In this document: positions 37,663 through 49,609 of the stretch, in pieces
Numbering within the stretch: position 1 is the first letter of the stretch
How the letters are laid out: every line of letters starts with the position of its first letter
From: Lama guanicoe
Lineage: Eukaryota
DNA: 64,000 nt
Direction of reading: 5' to 3'
Assembly: GCA_013239625.1 (NCBI GenBank)
Contig: MU056050.1
Span: forward strand, 4,016,084-4,080,083
Made by a program: the position numbers and the translations under genes
The notes under the pieces: model-generated
What the model was told of the DNA's origin: nothing
The model's database searches: none
Seen by the model: the letters and a program-made list of their open reading frames with translations, nothing else

Positions 37663-38923
37663 ATTAATATTATTAAAATGGTTATACTACTGAAAGCAAT
37701 CTACAGATTTAATGGAATCCCTATAAAAATACCCATGACATATTTCACAGAACTAGAACAAAAAAATCCTAAAATTCAAATGTAATTGCAATAGATCACA
37801 AATTGCCAAGGCAATCCTGAGGGTGTGAAAAAAAATAAAAACAAAACAAAGCTGGAGATATAGTGCTCCCAGACTTCAGACTATATTGCAAAGCTATAGC
37901 AATCAAAAAACCATGGTATTAGTATAAAAACAGACACACAGATCAATGGAACAAAACAGAAATTCCAGAAATAAACCCACACACCTACATCCAATTATGT
38001 CATCCTATGTCAAAGGAGGCAAGAATACGCAGTGAAGAAAAGGTAGTCTCTTCAACAGGTGGTGATGGGAAAACTGGACAGCCACATATAAAACAATGAG
38101 ATTAGAACATTCCCTCACACCATAAGCAAAAATAATTTAAAAATGGTTTAAAGACCTAAATGTAAGACCTGAAACCATAAAACTTCAAGAAGAGAAAACA
38201 GGCAGAACACTCTTTGACATAAATTGTAGCAATATTTTCTTGGATCAGTCTCCTAAGACAAAAGAAATGAAAGCAGAATTTCTTAAAAAGGGACCTAATC
38301 AAACTTAAAAGCTTTTGTACAGCAAAGGAAACCATGGACAAAACAAAAAGACAACCTATGGAATGAGAGAAAATATTTGCAAGTGTTGGAACTGACAAAA
38401 GGTTAATATCCAAAATATACAAAAAAGCACATACAATTCAATATCAAAAACATAAACAATCCAATCCAAAAAATGGGCTAAAGACTTAGACATGTTTCCA
38501 AAGAAGACATACAGATGGCTAACAGGCACATGAAAAGATGCTCAACATCGCTAATTATTCGAAAAGTCAAAACCACAATGAGATATCACCTCACACCTGT
38601 CAGAATGCTTATCATCAAAAATTCTGCAAGTAATAAACTTGTAGGAGAGGGTGCGGAGAAAAGGGAACTCTTGTATGCTGTTGGTGGGAATGTAAATTGG
38701 TACAGCCACTATGAAAAAGAATATGCAGGCTTTTCAAAAACCTGAAAATAGAACTACCATATGACCCAGCAATTCTACTCCTGGGTGTGTATCTGGAAAA
38801 GATGAAAACTGTAATTTGAAAACATACATGCACCCCAATGTTCATAGCAGTACTATTTACAATAGCTGAGACATGGAAACAACCCACGTGCCCACCCACA
38901 GATGATTGATTTAAGAAGATGTG

Positions 38924-38967
<44 letters not shown>

Positions 38968-39405
38968 TAGAATATTACTCAGCCACAAAAAAGAATGAAA
39001 TACTGCCATTTGCAGGAACACAGATGGACCTAGAGAATATTACACTAAATGAAATAAGTCCGACAGAGAAAGACAAATACTATGTGATATCACTTATATC
39101 TGGAATCTAAAAAATAATTCAAATGAATGTATATGCAAAACAGAAACAGACTCACAGATGTAGAAAAGAAACTTGTAGTTACCAAAGGGAAGGGGGAAGG
39201 AACAAGTTAGGTGTATGGGATTGACAGATAAAAACTACTATATATAAAATAGGTAAGTGACAAGGATATACTGTATAGCACAGGGAATTATACCAATTAT
39301 CTTTTAATAATCTATAATGGAATATAATCTGGAAAAATACTGAATCACTATGCTGTATGCCTGAAACTAAGACAATACTGTAACTCAACTATACTACAGA
39401 TAAAA
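37663..39405 (+). mobile_element. 5'-truncated L1 (cetartiodactyl-type 3' UTR), ORF2 C-terminus
   Basis: ORFs 38515-38745 ([16 protein letters not shown]...TTMRYHLTP) and 38919-39110 ([15 protein letters not shown]). 3' UTR acaaggatatactgtatagcacagggaa...tgaatcactatgctgt...caactatact. Confidence 0.92.
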
Positions 39406-39439
39406 TATTATCTTCACTATTGTATCTACTACTGGATTC

Positions 39440-42300
39440 TAGCTCTGCCTACATTTTTCAGAGGTTGCTCTGGGGTTTGCAATATAGACCTTTAAGTTAA
39501 TATAGCCTACTTTCAAATACTCTTAATATTTTGTATATACTGTAAGAATCTTATAACAACATACTTCCATTTCCCCTCTCTTCATCTTTGTACATTTATT
39601 ATATTTTATTTATACATGTGAAGTAAACCCACAATGCATTGTTATATCCCCTTTAAACATTTAATTATTTTTAGTGAGGCAAAAACAAATGAGAAAAGTA
39701 AGTCATTTATATTTATTCACATATTTGCCCTTTCCAGTGTTCATAATTTTTTGTGAAGTTCAAATTTCTACCTGATATAATTTTTCTTCTCCCTATGGAG
39801 CTTCTGTAGCTGATACTGATGGTCTACTGGCAATTAATTTTTGACTTTCATTTGACTATATGTCTTTAATTTTTCATCATTTTTGGAAGATTTATTTTCT
39901 GAGTATAGAATTGTATGTTGAGAGGGTTTTTATTTTTATTTTTTTTAGAGACCTTGGTCTGCTTTCTTCTAACTTGCACAAATTTTAATTTCTGATACAC
40001 CATAGGACTAAGTGTAAAAATTAAAATCATATAATTTCTGGAAGAAGACAGAAGGGCAATTTCAAGAGCTTGTATAGGAAAATGTTTCTTGTACAGACCA
40101 CAAAATAGACTGACATTAATGAAAATAGATAAATTGTTCTTCTTTTAAAATTAAACATTTCTGGCCTCCTGTGGGTGGCATATATAGCATATTTAATGCC
40201 AGAAGCAGACCATATCATTCTTAACATTTCTTTTCTAGTAGAGTAAAATTTATTTTTAATAAGTTTAAATTAGCAATTTAAAAAAATAGTTTCCTTTAAT
40301 AGAGATTACATATATTATGTGAGTTCATTCAATCAACCTCCAACTTTGTTCTAATTTTGGCTAGGCTTTTTGCTTTTCCATATACATTTGCTAACTAATT
40401 TGCCCATTTCCACCAATTTCCACCAAGAAAATCTCCTTGTATTTTAACTGGGATTGTGATACATAAAGTGATCAATTTAGGAAGAAGTGAAATTTTAAAG
40501 TATTGAGTTTTTCTAACATGAAAAAGTTTATTTTTTCTATTTTTCTGATTAACTTTAATTTTTCTCTCATCAATAAATTGTTGCTATCAGTATGGGATTT
40601 TGCTTTTATATGATTAGATTTACTTCTGGGATTTGATTTTTTTTAAATGCTACTATAAATTTTTTTCAAATTTTATTTTTCTGTTTTTGGCTACAGGTAT
40701 ATAGAAATATAATTAATATCATGTACTGACTGTTTTCCAGCAAGTTTACTAGATCCATTTATTAATTGTCATTATTTGTGTACATGTGAAATCATGTTAT
40801 CTATGAATAAAAACAGTTTTATCCTGTTTATTTTAATCTTCACTCCCTTTATTTCTTTTCTTGGCCTTCCTTTCTGCTCTGGCTATGAACTTCAGTACAG
40901 TATTGAATAGAAGTAATGTTGGTGTAAAATTTTTAAAAATCTTTTTAAACTGCTCTTTATCACTTTCAAAATTCCTTCCAGCTTAGATCATTTTTCTTCA
41001 GCCTGCAAAACTGCCTTTAGTATATCATGTAATTCAGTTTTTCTGATTCCAGTATTCCAGATTTGTTTGTCTTAAATGTCTTTATTTTACTGTTATTTTT
41101 GAAGGAAATTTTTTATGGATAAAGAATTCCAGGTTGGAATTTTAAAAAATCTTTTAGCAGCTTAGATATACCATCCCATTTTCTACTGACTCTATAGTTT
41201 CTTTTCAAAAGTCAGTCATCAATCCTATTTTTGCTTCTATTGAAGGTAATTGTTCTTTTTTTTTTTTACCTGTTTTTAACATTAGCTCTTTATGGTTTTC
41301 AGCACTTTAAAGTTGATGTGATTTTTCTATGAATTCATCCTTCTTTGTGTCCACAGAGATTCTGGAATCTGTGTGTTGATATCTTTAATTGGTTTGGCAA
41401 ATTTTCAGTCATTGTGTCTTACAATATTCCTTCTGGCCCATTTGCTCTCTCCTCCCATTATGCCACACTAATTGCAAGCAAGTTATGCTATTTAACTTTG
41501 TCTCACATATTTTTTTTTCTCTGTTCTGTCCTTTCTACTTGTTTTTCTGTATATACTTTAGTTGGGAGACATTCTATTCACCTTTCTTTGAAATAACTTA
41601 TTCTATTTTCATCTATATCCAGTCTCCTGTTAAGCCCATCTGAGTTTTTCATTACTGGTATTGTTTTGTTAACTTCTAAAATATCTGTATGACTTTTTTA
41701 AAAATCCCAGTATCTAATGATAATGTTCATATTTTGATCAATTTTGTTAATCTTTCCTTTATATATAACTGTAGGATTTTTATATTTTATTTTCTACTCT
41801 TTATCCTGAGTATTTGCTGCATTTTCCTGCACTCAAACTTCTCATAGTTTTTTATTATATGCTTGTAAGTATGTATAAAAGAACTGTAGAGACTGGAGAT
41901 CTCCCAGAGGGTTCACCCTTTCATGTGTTAAACAAAAAGCTGAGATGCAGATCATGTCAATGAAATCAAGGACTGAGCTGGGTAAGATCTGGATTGCAGC
42001 TTTAATGAGACTCAGTCCACCTCAGGTTTCAATCATCTCAATGGTGATATCTGACATATGATGTATCTTTGCAAGCTTTTACTTCCAACAAGACTCTATT
42101 TTCGAGACGGTATGAGAGCCTATCTGCTTTTTCAGTTACATCCCTCACCTAGCCTCCTATGCTGTTGTAGCACTCAAAAATGACTCAGCAGGAAGGTTAA
42201 CTATTTTAAAGATTTTGTCCTTCTTTTGATTTTACATTGTCATGCTAGCTCTTACAGCTGCTCAAAGTTCTGGGTTTTCTTCCTCCCAGGAAGATAATTA
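39440..42300 (-). mobile_element. Old L1 fragments (mostly antisense; short sense piece near 40000-40170)
   Basis: Antisense L1 motifs gtatatagaaatataatt; cttcagtacagtattgaatagaagt; tttggcaaattttcagtcatt. Confidence 0.65.
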
Positions 42301-43740
42301 TGCCTGGGACAAGTCAGATCATAAGCCCCAAACTTAGCCCACCTAGGAAACATTCTATGGTATTTGAACTGAGACTGGCCCCTTTCCTCCCCCTCCTCAA
42401 TGCTGTGAGATGAAAATTTCACTCGAGATTAGTGCAGCCAAGAACACAGGACTCCCTCTACCCTTCATTCCAGTCAGAGGGTTACCTTCCCTGGAAGGAT
42501 AGCGAGTCAGCATTTCTCACCCTGCCGCCAGCTACCTGACTCAGGCTAAGTATTGATGAGTGTGTTTGAGAGATAGGAGCTCCCTTCTTTTATTTAGCCC
42601 CAATTTATGCATTGGAAGCTCTTCAACAACAGTACTGGGAATACTGGGAATACAAGATCTTCCCTAACTTACCTCTTGCTATTACCTCTCTCCAACTAGT
42701 GCTCCTAATTTAGGGGCGTTACTCAGAGAGAAGAGCATCATTGCCCCCAAACTCATCTCCAGAGCTAGCTAAAAGATTTTTGTCTGGGGAAGCAGATGGC
42801 CTTAAGACAGAGAGCACCAGTCTTTTCCCAAAGGAAATGACTTCATTTGCAACAGAGTGTGGAGAAGCCTGAGAGACATTCTCAAAAACTGGAGGTTTTA
42901 GTGAAAGGTAAGTGGGAGGGCATTGGGTACATGCATTGGAAATATAGGCTAAACTATAGGCAAACTAGATTGCAGGAGAAAACCTAGGAGACAGCTGGCA
43001 AGAGCCCTTCTGGGGACAGAATATATCTCAAACACTGACTTCAGGAATTATCACTTCAAAAGACATTGAATTTGAATGGATGGCTCTGCTCAGCAGTTTA
43101 TGCCCAAGGGTATTGTTGAAAACAATAGTGAAATCAGCCAGCCTTAATAGCTGGGTATGGTCACAGGAAGGGACAATCAAAGAGGGCCCTAGGAAATCCA
43201 CTGTTATTCAGCATGACTGCACACACCCACGGCTGAGGAACAACACCAAAGGCCTCACACTGAAGGGAAATTGATTTCACAAAAATAGCTATCCAAGTCA
43301 AAAAATAATCAAGCACACAAAAAATTTTTTAAAAGATCCATAGTCGGGTGGGGTGGAATCAGTATACAGAATTACTACAACATATTACATTATATATCCA
43401 CTCTGAAACAAAAATTATGAGACTTGAAATTAAACAGGAATGTGTGATGCATATATAGGGGGAAGAAATCAAGTGACAAAAACTGCCTATGTGAGGAATG
43501 AGATCAAATTTAACAGACAAATATGTTAAAGTATAACTATACATATGTCCAAAGAACTGAAGAAAACTTCTTTAAGATGTAAAGAAAGTTATGAAGTTAG
43601 AGTTTCCTCAAATACCAGATATCAATAATAAGATAGAAGTATTTTTTCAAAAAAGAACTAATAGGAAATTCTCCATATTGAAAAGCACAATAACTAAAAG
43701 GAAAAATACGTTAGAGAGACTCATCTATAATTGGAATTGA

Positions 43741-43891
43741 GGGGGAGGGTATAGCTCAGTGGTAGAGTGCATGCCTAGCATGTACGAGGTGCTGGGTTCA
43801 ATCCCCAGTACCTCCATTAAAAATAAATAAACCTAATTACTTCCCCCTAATAAATAAATCAATAAAAGATTAAAAAAAAAAGCAAGGATTT
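43741..43891 (+). mobile_element. vic-1-like tRNA-Ala-derived SINE
   Basis: GGGGGAGGGTATAGCTCAGTGGTAGAG...GGTTCAATCCCCAGTACCTCC, AATAAA-containing tail. 11-bp TSD TAATTGGAATT at 43728-43738 and 43892-43902. Confidence 0.93.
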
Positions 43892-44151
43892 TAATTGGAA
43901 TTTGCAGAAGATTCAGAGAACCTGAAGACAGATCAACAGGTATTATGCAGTCCAAAAAACAGAAAATGAAAGAAAAATTTACACCAGAATATATTTATTT
44001 TACACGAAATCAGCAAAAGAAGAATAGAGATACAAAAAAGGGAGATAATGCATATAGAATAATACATTAAAATGGCAGGTCCAAGTCAAACTATACCGTG
44101 AATAATACTAAATGTGTATAGATTAAACAATCCAATAGAAGGCAAAGGTAG

Positions 44152-44814
44152 TGTTGCCAGTAGATGTAGCCAGCGTCCAGGTTCTTGTCCCGTCCCAGAA
44201 AGAATTCAGAGACAAGACACAGAGGTTAAGAAAGTAACGTGAGGATTTATTAAGGGATAGATAGTATACTCTCAAGGGAAGAGTGAGCAGGCTCAGGTGA
44301 GTGGCTGTCCTGAGTTTCTTTGGTAAATTTGTTACATAGAGTGTAAAAATGAATGTGCAGAATATTCATTGGGGAGGGAAAAGTTTGGGGTGATATTCCC
44401 TGTTTTTTTTTTTTTATCCCAACTCCACCTTCTCAAAGGGAGGAGGGATTTATGTCCTTATTTAGTCTGAATCAGAAGTGTCATAGCATTGGTGCATCAT
44501 GGGTACTTCTAATCTGCAAGGCTAATTTTATTGTAGTGAGGGCATAATGAGCAAAAGGTTACATTTGAACACTGGGGATTCCTGCCTTTTCCCACCTTTC
44601 TTTGTCAGCCTCCAGGCCACTCATCACCCCAAAGGTGTGACCATTTATCAGCCCAGAGGTTCCTGCTTTTCTTTCTCTGTCCACAGACCTCTGGTGCTTA
44701 CATGATGTGTGGTTTCCTGCATTTGGCCCATGTCCCTACTTCCTGCCCAATTCCTGCCATTTGGTCTGCATCCCCCTTTCTCTGCTCATATCTAGCTATC
44801 TGCCTGCTCTAACA
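44152..44814 (-). mobile_element. ERV1 solo LTR (MER50/MER4-group-like 5' end)
   Basis: TG...CA termini (tgttgccag...ctctaaca) and perfect TSD GTAG at 44148-44151 and 44815-44818. Reverse strand starts TGTTAGAGCAGGCAGATAGCTAGATATGAGCAG; AATAAA on minus strand near 44250. Confidence 0.9.
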
Positions 44815-45568
44815 GTAGTAAGACTGGATACCAAAACAAGAACTGATTATATGTTATCTTAGGACAAATAACCCACAAAGTAGGAGAAAATATTTGTAAT
44901 TCATATATCTCTGATAAGGGCCAAGTATCTTGAATATATAAAAAAATACTTTCAACAACAAGACAAAAAGACAAAAAAAAAATTGAAAACATGTATTCAA
45001 ACAAATACTTAGACATGAATACTCTTTGCAGCAGTATTTACAATAACCAAAGGTGAAAACAACCCAAAGTCCATCAATGGATGAATGTATAAACAGAAGT
45101 GGTATATTTATGCAGTGGTATATTATTCAATGATAAAAAGGAATGAAATACTGATATATGTTACAATATGCATGAATTTTATAAAATTGACCAAATGATT
45201 TTAAATTCATGTGTAACTGCAAGAGGTCAAAATGGGTGAAATAATCCTGAAAAAGAAGATCAAAGCTGAGAGACTCATATTTCATGATTTCAACAAATAC
45301 TACAAAGAAACAATAATCACGACAGTGTGGTGGTGTGGTGCCGGTATAAATATAGACATATAGGTTAATGGAAAGGAATTGATAGTCCAGTATTAAAACC
45401 ATGAGTCTGTGTGGTAACAATAGTGCCAAGGCCTTTCAGTGGGAAGAGTAGAATTTTCAACAAATGGTCCTTTGACAAGTGAATGACCATATGGTAAAGA
45501 GTGAATTTGGGCCAATACCTCACAGCACTCACAAAAGTTAACTACAAGTGGACAAAAGATCTAAATAT

Positions 45569-46036
45569 TATGGGCAAAGAAAGTCAACTGCCATTTCAGT
45601 AAATAGAGAATATTGTGGCCATCAAGCCATCAGTCTCTGTAGCCACCCACAATGGTGTACCCTGAAGGGTTCAGGATGGAAAAAAAAACAGGATATTGGC
45701 CCTAGACAGTTAAGATGCATATCAAAGGAATAATTTCAGTAAGTCCAGAATCTTGTTTCTTCCCATACATAGAATAGCACTAAAATCATTAACTTGAGGT
45801 GTCTAGTTTTCTTTAAAGATCAGTAATCTTTTGATGTCCTGACTACCTATTTTTTGTTTTTTGGGTGTTTTTTGTTTAGTAAAACTCCAGTGTATCCTGG
45901 CTCCCCACTTACCTCTTCAGAAGAGTCCCTCAGAGCTATCTGAGAGACTGTATCCCAGGCTTAAGTCCTTACTAAGTCCACCAAATAAAACATAATTCTC
46001 AATTTTAGAGAATTATGCATGTTTTTTCAGTCAACA
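45569..46036 (+). mobile_element. ERV1 solo LTR (MER34/MER39-like 3' end)
   Basis: Ends cagagctatctgagagactgt...aaataaaac...ttttcagtcaaca. TSD ATAT at 45565-45568 and 46037-46040; removing it restores L1 gatctaaatatgaaacctaaaactataaaa. Confidence 0.85.
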
Positions 46037-46161
46037 ATATGAAACCTAAAACTATAAAATTCTTAGAAGAGAATATACAGTAAGTCTTCATAATCTCAGA
46101 TCTGGCTATGGATTCTTAAATATGACACCAAATGCATGATTAACAAAGGAAAAGCAATATA

Positions 46162-46399
46162 TGTATTAGTCAGAGTTGTCTGGAGAAACAGAAACAATAG
46201 GCTATAAAAGGAGATTTAATATGAGGAATTGGCTTACACAGTTGTGGAGTCTGAGAAATCCCATGATCTGCCACCTGCAAGCTGGAGACCCAGGAAAGCC
46301 AGTGGTTTAATTCAGTCCTAGTCCAAAGGCCTAAAAACCAGGGAGCTGATGATGTAAATCCCAGTCAGAGGGGAGAAGATAAGGTGAGATGTCCCAGCT
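46162..46399 (-). mobile_element. MLT2 (ERV-L) LTR, 3' portion
   Basis: tgtattagtcagagtt...gagaaacagaaacaatagg...gaggaattggcttacac...ctgcaagctggagacccaggaaagcc. Confidence 0.85.
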
Positions 46400-46629
46400 T
46401 GTGATAGTTAATTGTATGTGTCAACTTGCCTAGACTAAAGGATTCACAAATAGCTGATAAAACCTTACTTATTTCTGGATGTGTCTGTAAGGATGCTTCT
46501 GGAAGGAACTGGCATTTGACTCAGTAAACTGAATAAAGAAGATTGCCCTCACCATTAAGTGTGGGTATAATCCAATCTGCTGAGGACCTGATTAGAACCA
46601 AAAAAGTTAAAGGCAAATTTTCTGTTTGA

Positions 46630-46754
46630 ATACATACATTTTACATATATATTTATATATGTAAAAAATATATATTTATATATATTATTAATATATATAA
46701 TATATATTATTTATATATATAAATAAATAATATGTTGTTTCTCTGAAGATAATA

Positions 46755-46785
<31 letters not shown>

Positions 46786-46805
46786 ATACTTTGAGTATAT
46801 ATATA
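46630..46805. repeat. AT-rich low-complexity tract and (TG)n
   Basis: Read directly. Confidence 0.9.
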
Positions 46806-47021
46806 CCCCCCCTCAGTGTCCATAGAGGATTGGTTCTGGAGCCCACCATGGATATCAAAGTCTGTAGCTACTCAAGTCCCATAGTTGGCCCTCTATCCAC
46901 AGTTCCACATCAGCAGATTCAATCAACCAAGATTGGGTAATGCTGTATTTACCACTGAAAAAAAAATCTATGTATAAGTGGGCCTGCACAATCCAAAGCT
47001 GTGTTTTTAAAGGATAAACTG
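46806..47021 (+). mobile_element. MER8-like Tigger (TcMar) non-autonomous element
   Basis: ggattggttc...ctcaagtccc...ttggccctc...gaaaaaaaatctatgtataagtggg...aaggataaactg followed by TA. Confidence 0.8.
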
Positions 47022-47070
47022 TATGTATTATATATCCCATTGGTTCTGTTCCTCTAGAGAATCCTGACAA

Positions 47071-48280
47071 AGAGATTTTAGCACCAAAGGTGGTTCTAGA
47101 ACAGAATTTTAAGGATGAGTTTTCTGACTTGGCTCTGGATTTTCTGGAAGTGGGTCTCTAATCTGATTAGATTTAAAAGCAATAATGACTCTATTTCCAG
47201 TAGAAAGGAGCACACTAACAGTCAGTGGAATGAACTGCTTACAGAATTTACAAGCTATCTTCATTGGATAGTCCTAATCAACCAAAGAAGCAGAGAGCTA
47301 AATGACTCTGTATATGATTATTTTGAACATTTTTGGAAAAACAAAGAATATAATGACATTGGTTAGTTGTTCCTAATGTCTCTGGACAAAGTGATGAAAG
47401 AGAAGAATGAGCTCAGGGATTCTGATTCCCAGCTCAAATGCTGCATAAATGATCTAAGAGCTTCTGTGTGTGTCCTGAAGAAGACCCTTATCTCCTGTAG
47501 CTTGCTGGGTTGAAATTGCTGAAGATGAAATGCAGAAACTTATCTTGTGATTGAATTAAATACAAGCAGAACTCATCCTGCGGAGTGTCTACTAATAAAA
47601 TGAGAGCATTGACTGGGAAAGAGTGGGATCCTATTAATTGGGATGGGGCCATGTGGGAAAAGCCTGTTGGAGCTGAGGACATTGAGCCCCTAAATTCTGA
47701 TGCATCTTCTTTGCCAGTGGAAGTATTCTCCCTACCCTAAATGGCAGTGGCATCTCCAGCCGAAGTGGTGTGGCCTCCCACCCACAATGGCCTTTCTACC
47801 TCCCTCTGAGAGAATTAAGCCTGCATTGCCTGAGGAAATGGTAATGACCTCCTCTGAGGCAGCTGCCCTGCAAGACAATACTGTTTCTTCTCAGGACCCA
47901 CCCCCTACTATCCCTCTTTGCTTCTGGACTTATAATTAGACTCAAGTCCCAGAAGGCCCCTAATGGTGGAGAACATAGTGAAGAACCAATGAGGAGATGT
48001 GATACACTTCAAAAGTACTTGAATTTTCTAATTTATACAGATAGAAACCCAAGCACATGTGTGGGAATGACTACTAAGTGTGTAGGACAATGTTGAAAGG
48101 AACACAAAATTGGATCAGGATGAATTTATTGATGTTGCAGCCCCAGGAATTAGAAAGGGCTCTAACAATTTGGTTGGTTGATTGGCTGAATCATGGATCA
48201 AAAGATGGCCCACCATGAGTGAACTGGAAATGTCTGACCTTCTTTGGTTTACTATAAAGAGATTCACAGACTTAGACAGT
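47071..48280 (+). pseudogene. gag: ERV-L internal region: PBS-like leader and decayed gag
   Basis: Follows the MLT2 LTR with gattttagcacc (ERV-L leader). ORF 47115-47366 FWKWVSNLIRFKSNNDSISSRKE resembles the ERV-L Gag N-terminus. 47615-47659 encodes GKEWDPINWDGAMWE and 48206-48241 WPTMSELEMSDL. Multiple stops and frameshifts. Confidence 0.85.
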
Positions 48281-49569
48281 CTTATAATACATCTTTGTTG
48301 GTTGATATATAGACAGCAGCTTGGTGCTAATGATTGATGACTAAATCTAACCACAGAGAATAATTCAAATTCTACTCCCATGAAATAAATTATATACAGC
48401 ATGCTGTAAAATATAAGTGATTATATAATTTGGGCAATTTATTTTACCTTATTGCATCATACCAACATCTTTCAGGTCCTTGTATTGTAACAGTTTATTA
48501 TGTATAGGCATGATTTTTCAAATGTTCTCCTTGTGGGCATGGACGATACTGTGACTCTATTTGTATTCACAGTACACAGAAAAGTGTTCTTCATACAGTA
48601 GATGCTTAATAAATATTTGTTTAGTATTTAACTGAGTATTATAACTTTAGAAATGGGAGGCACATCTCAAATTAACTGAAGTTTTTGTACAAATAGTTTG
48701 TATAAATATCTTTAAGCAAAGTAAATTAATAAAAAAAAAATCCAGCTTTTCCAAATCTCTGGGAAGAAGTTGAAAATGTTTTCTATTTGTTCAATGTGTA
48801 AATTGAGTTTTCTTTAGATTGAAGTTCTTTAACCAAGGCTAAATATAGTTTCATAATGGAAAGCAAAGAATGACTAAGCACTTAACCACATATTCAAGAC
48901 TTTTTAACATTTAAAATTATAATTCTCCTGAGTAAAACACCTGGCTTCTTTCAGATATTATATCTGCTCAATGTGCAGCATAACTGGACCTCATGTATAC
49001 TTATTTGAAGAACCCAAGCCTGAAAGGAATTAGATTGTGTCACTAGAGGTTGTTTACTATAAACCAATTGCTTAATCCCTAACCCTTAAATTAGTATACT
49101 AAAGGGTTTTCTTTTTTGCATAAAAAGAGGTAACAATTCCATAAATTTGCAGCAGTGCATCAGTCTTTTTGCCACACTTTCTTGTTGTCAGTGTTTAACA
49201 TGTGACCCACCTAAACAATGACCCTCCATTGCACTTTCATGGCTGATATGTACTGTACATCTCTGCCCAAGCTCTTCACTCTTCTGCTTTCAAAAACCTT
49301 TTACTGCACTCTTTGGAAATGGCACTCCATAATCATCAAATTCTTCTGTATTCTTAACAGAATTTGGAATGTTTTCTTCAACTACTCCCTATGTCTCAAA
49401 ATACACCCCTTTCTTAACATCATGTGTGCCCATTTTTATTTATTTGTTTTTCTTTTTCTCCCATAGATCTGACTGCTCCTTCTCAATCTCATTTATAGGC
49501 TCCATAATCATTTTCTGATCATTTGATATCAGAGAATTCCAAACTTCTCATCTCAATTCAAGATTAATT

Positions 49570-49600
49570 TATCTATCTATCTATCTATCTGTCTACCTAT
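49570..49600. repeat. (TCTA)n microsatellite
   Basis: Read directly. Confidence 0.9.
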
Positions 49601-49609
49601 CTAGCCATC

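Larger units (their letters stand above)
42330..46155 (+). mobile_element. Old sense-strand L1 mosaic (5' UTR/ORF1 and ORF2 pieces) hosting a SINE and two LTRs
   Basis: A-rich sense L1 motifs (ggaaattctccatattgaaaagcacaataact; atatctctgataaggg; ttttcaacaaatggtcc; aaacctaaaactataaaattcttagaagagaa). Confidence 0.7.
46400..47070 (+). mobile_element. MLT2 5' LTR of an ERV-L provirus, interrupted by AT/TG repeats and a Tigger element
   Basis: Start tgtgatagttaattgtatgtgtcaacttg; end tatatcccattggttctgttcctctagagaatcctgac. Confidence 0.85.

Noticed and set aside
34835..39405. Single L1 with twin-priming inversion
   Set aside because: Both arms cover the same ORF2 region and have different 3' UTRs, so they are two insertions.
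43741..43816. tRNA-Ala(AGC)-like gene
   Set aside because: It has an A-rich tail, an 11-bp TSD and two similar dispersed copies in the window, so it is a SINE head, not a tRNA gene.
46568..46578. DUX-type site TAATCCAATCT in MLT2
   Set aside because: Mismatch at the final A of the TAAYYYAATCA motif; a single degenerate hit is not supportable.
47115..47939. Domesticated ERV-L gag gene (Fv1-like)
   Set aside because: Gag homology is split over several frames by stops and frameshifts.
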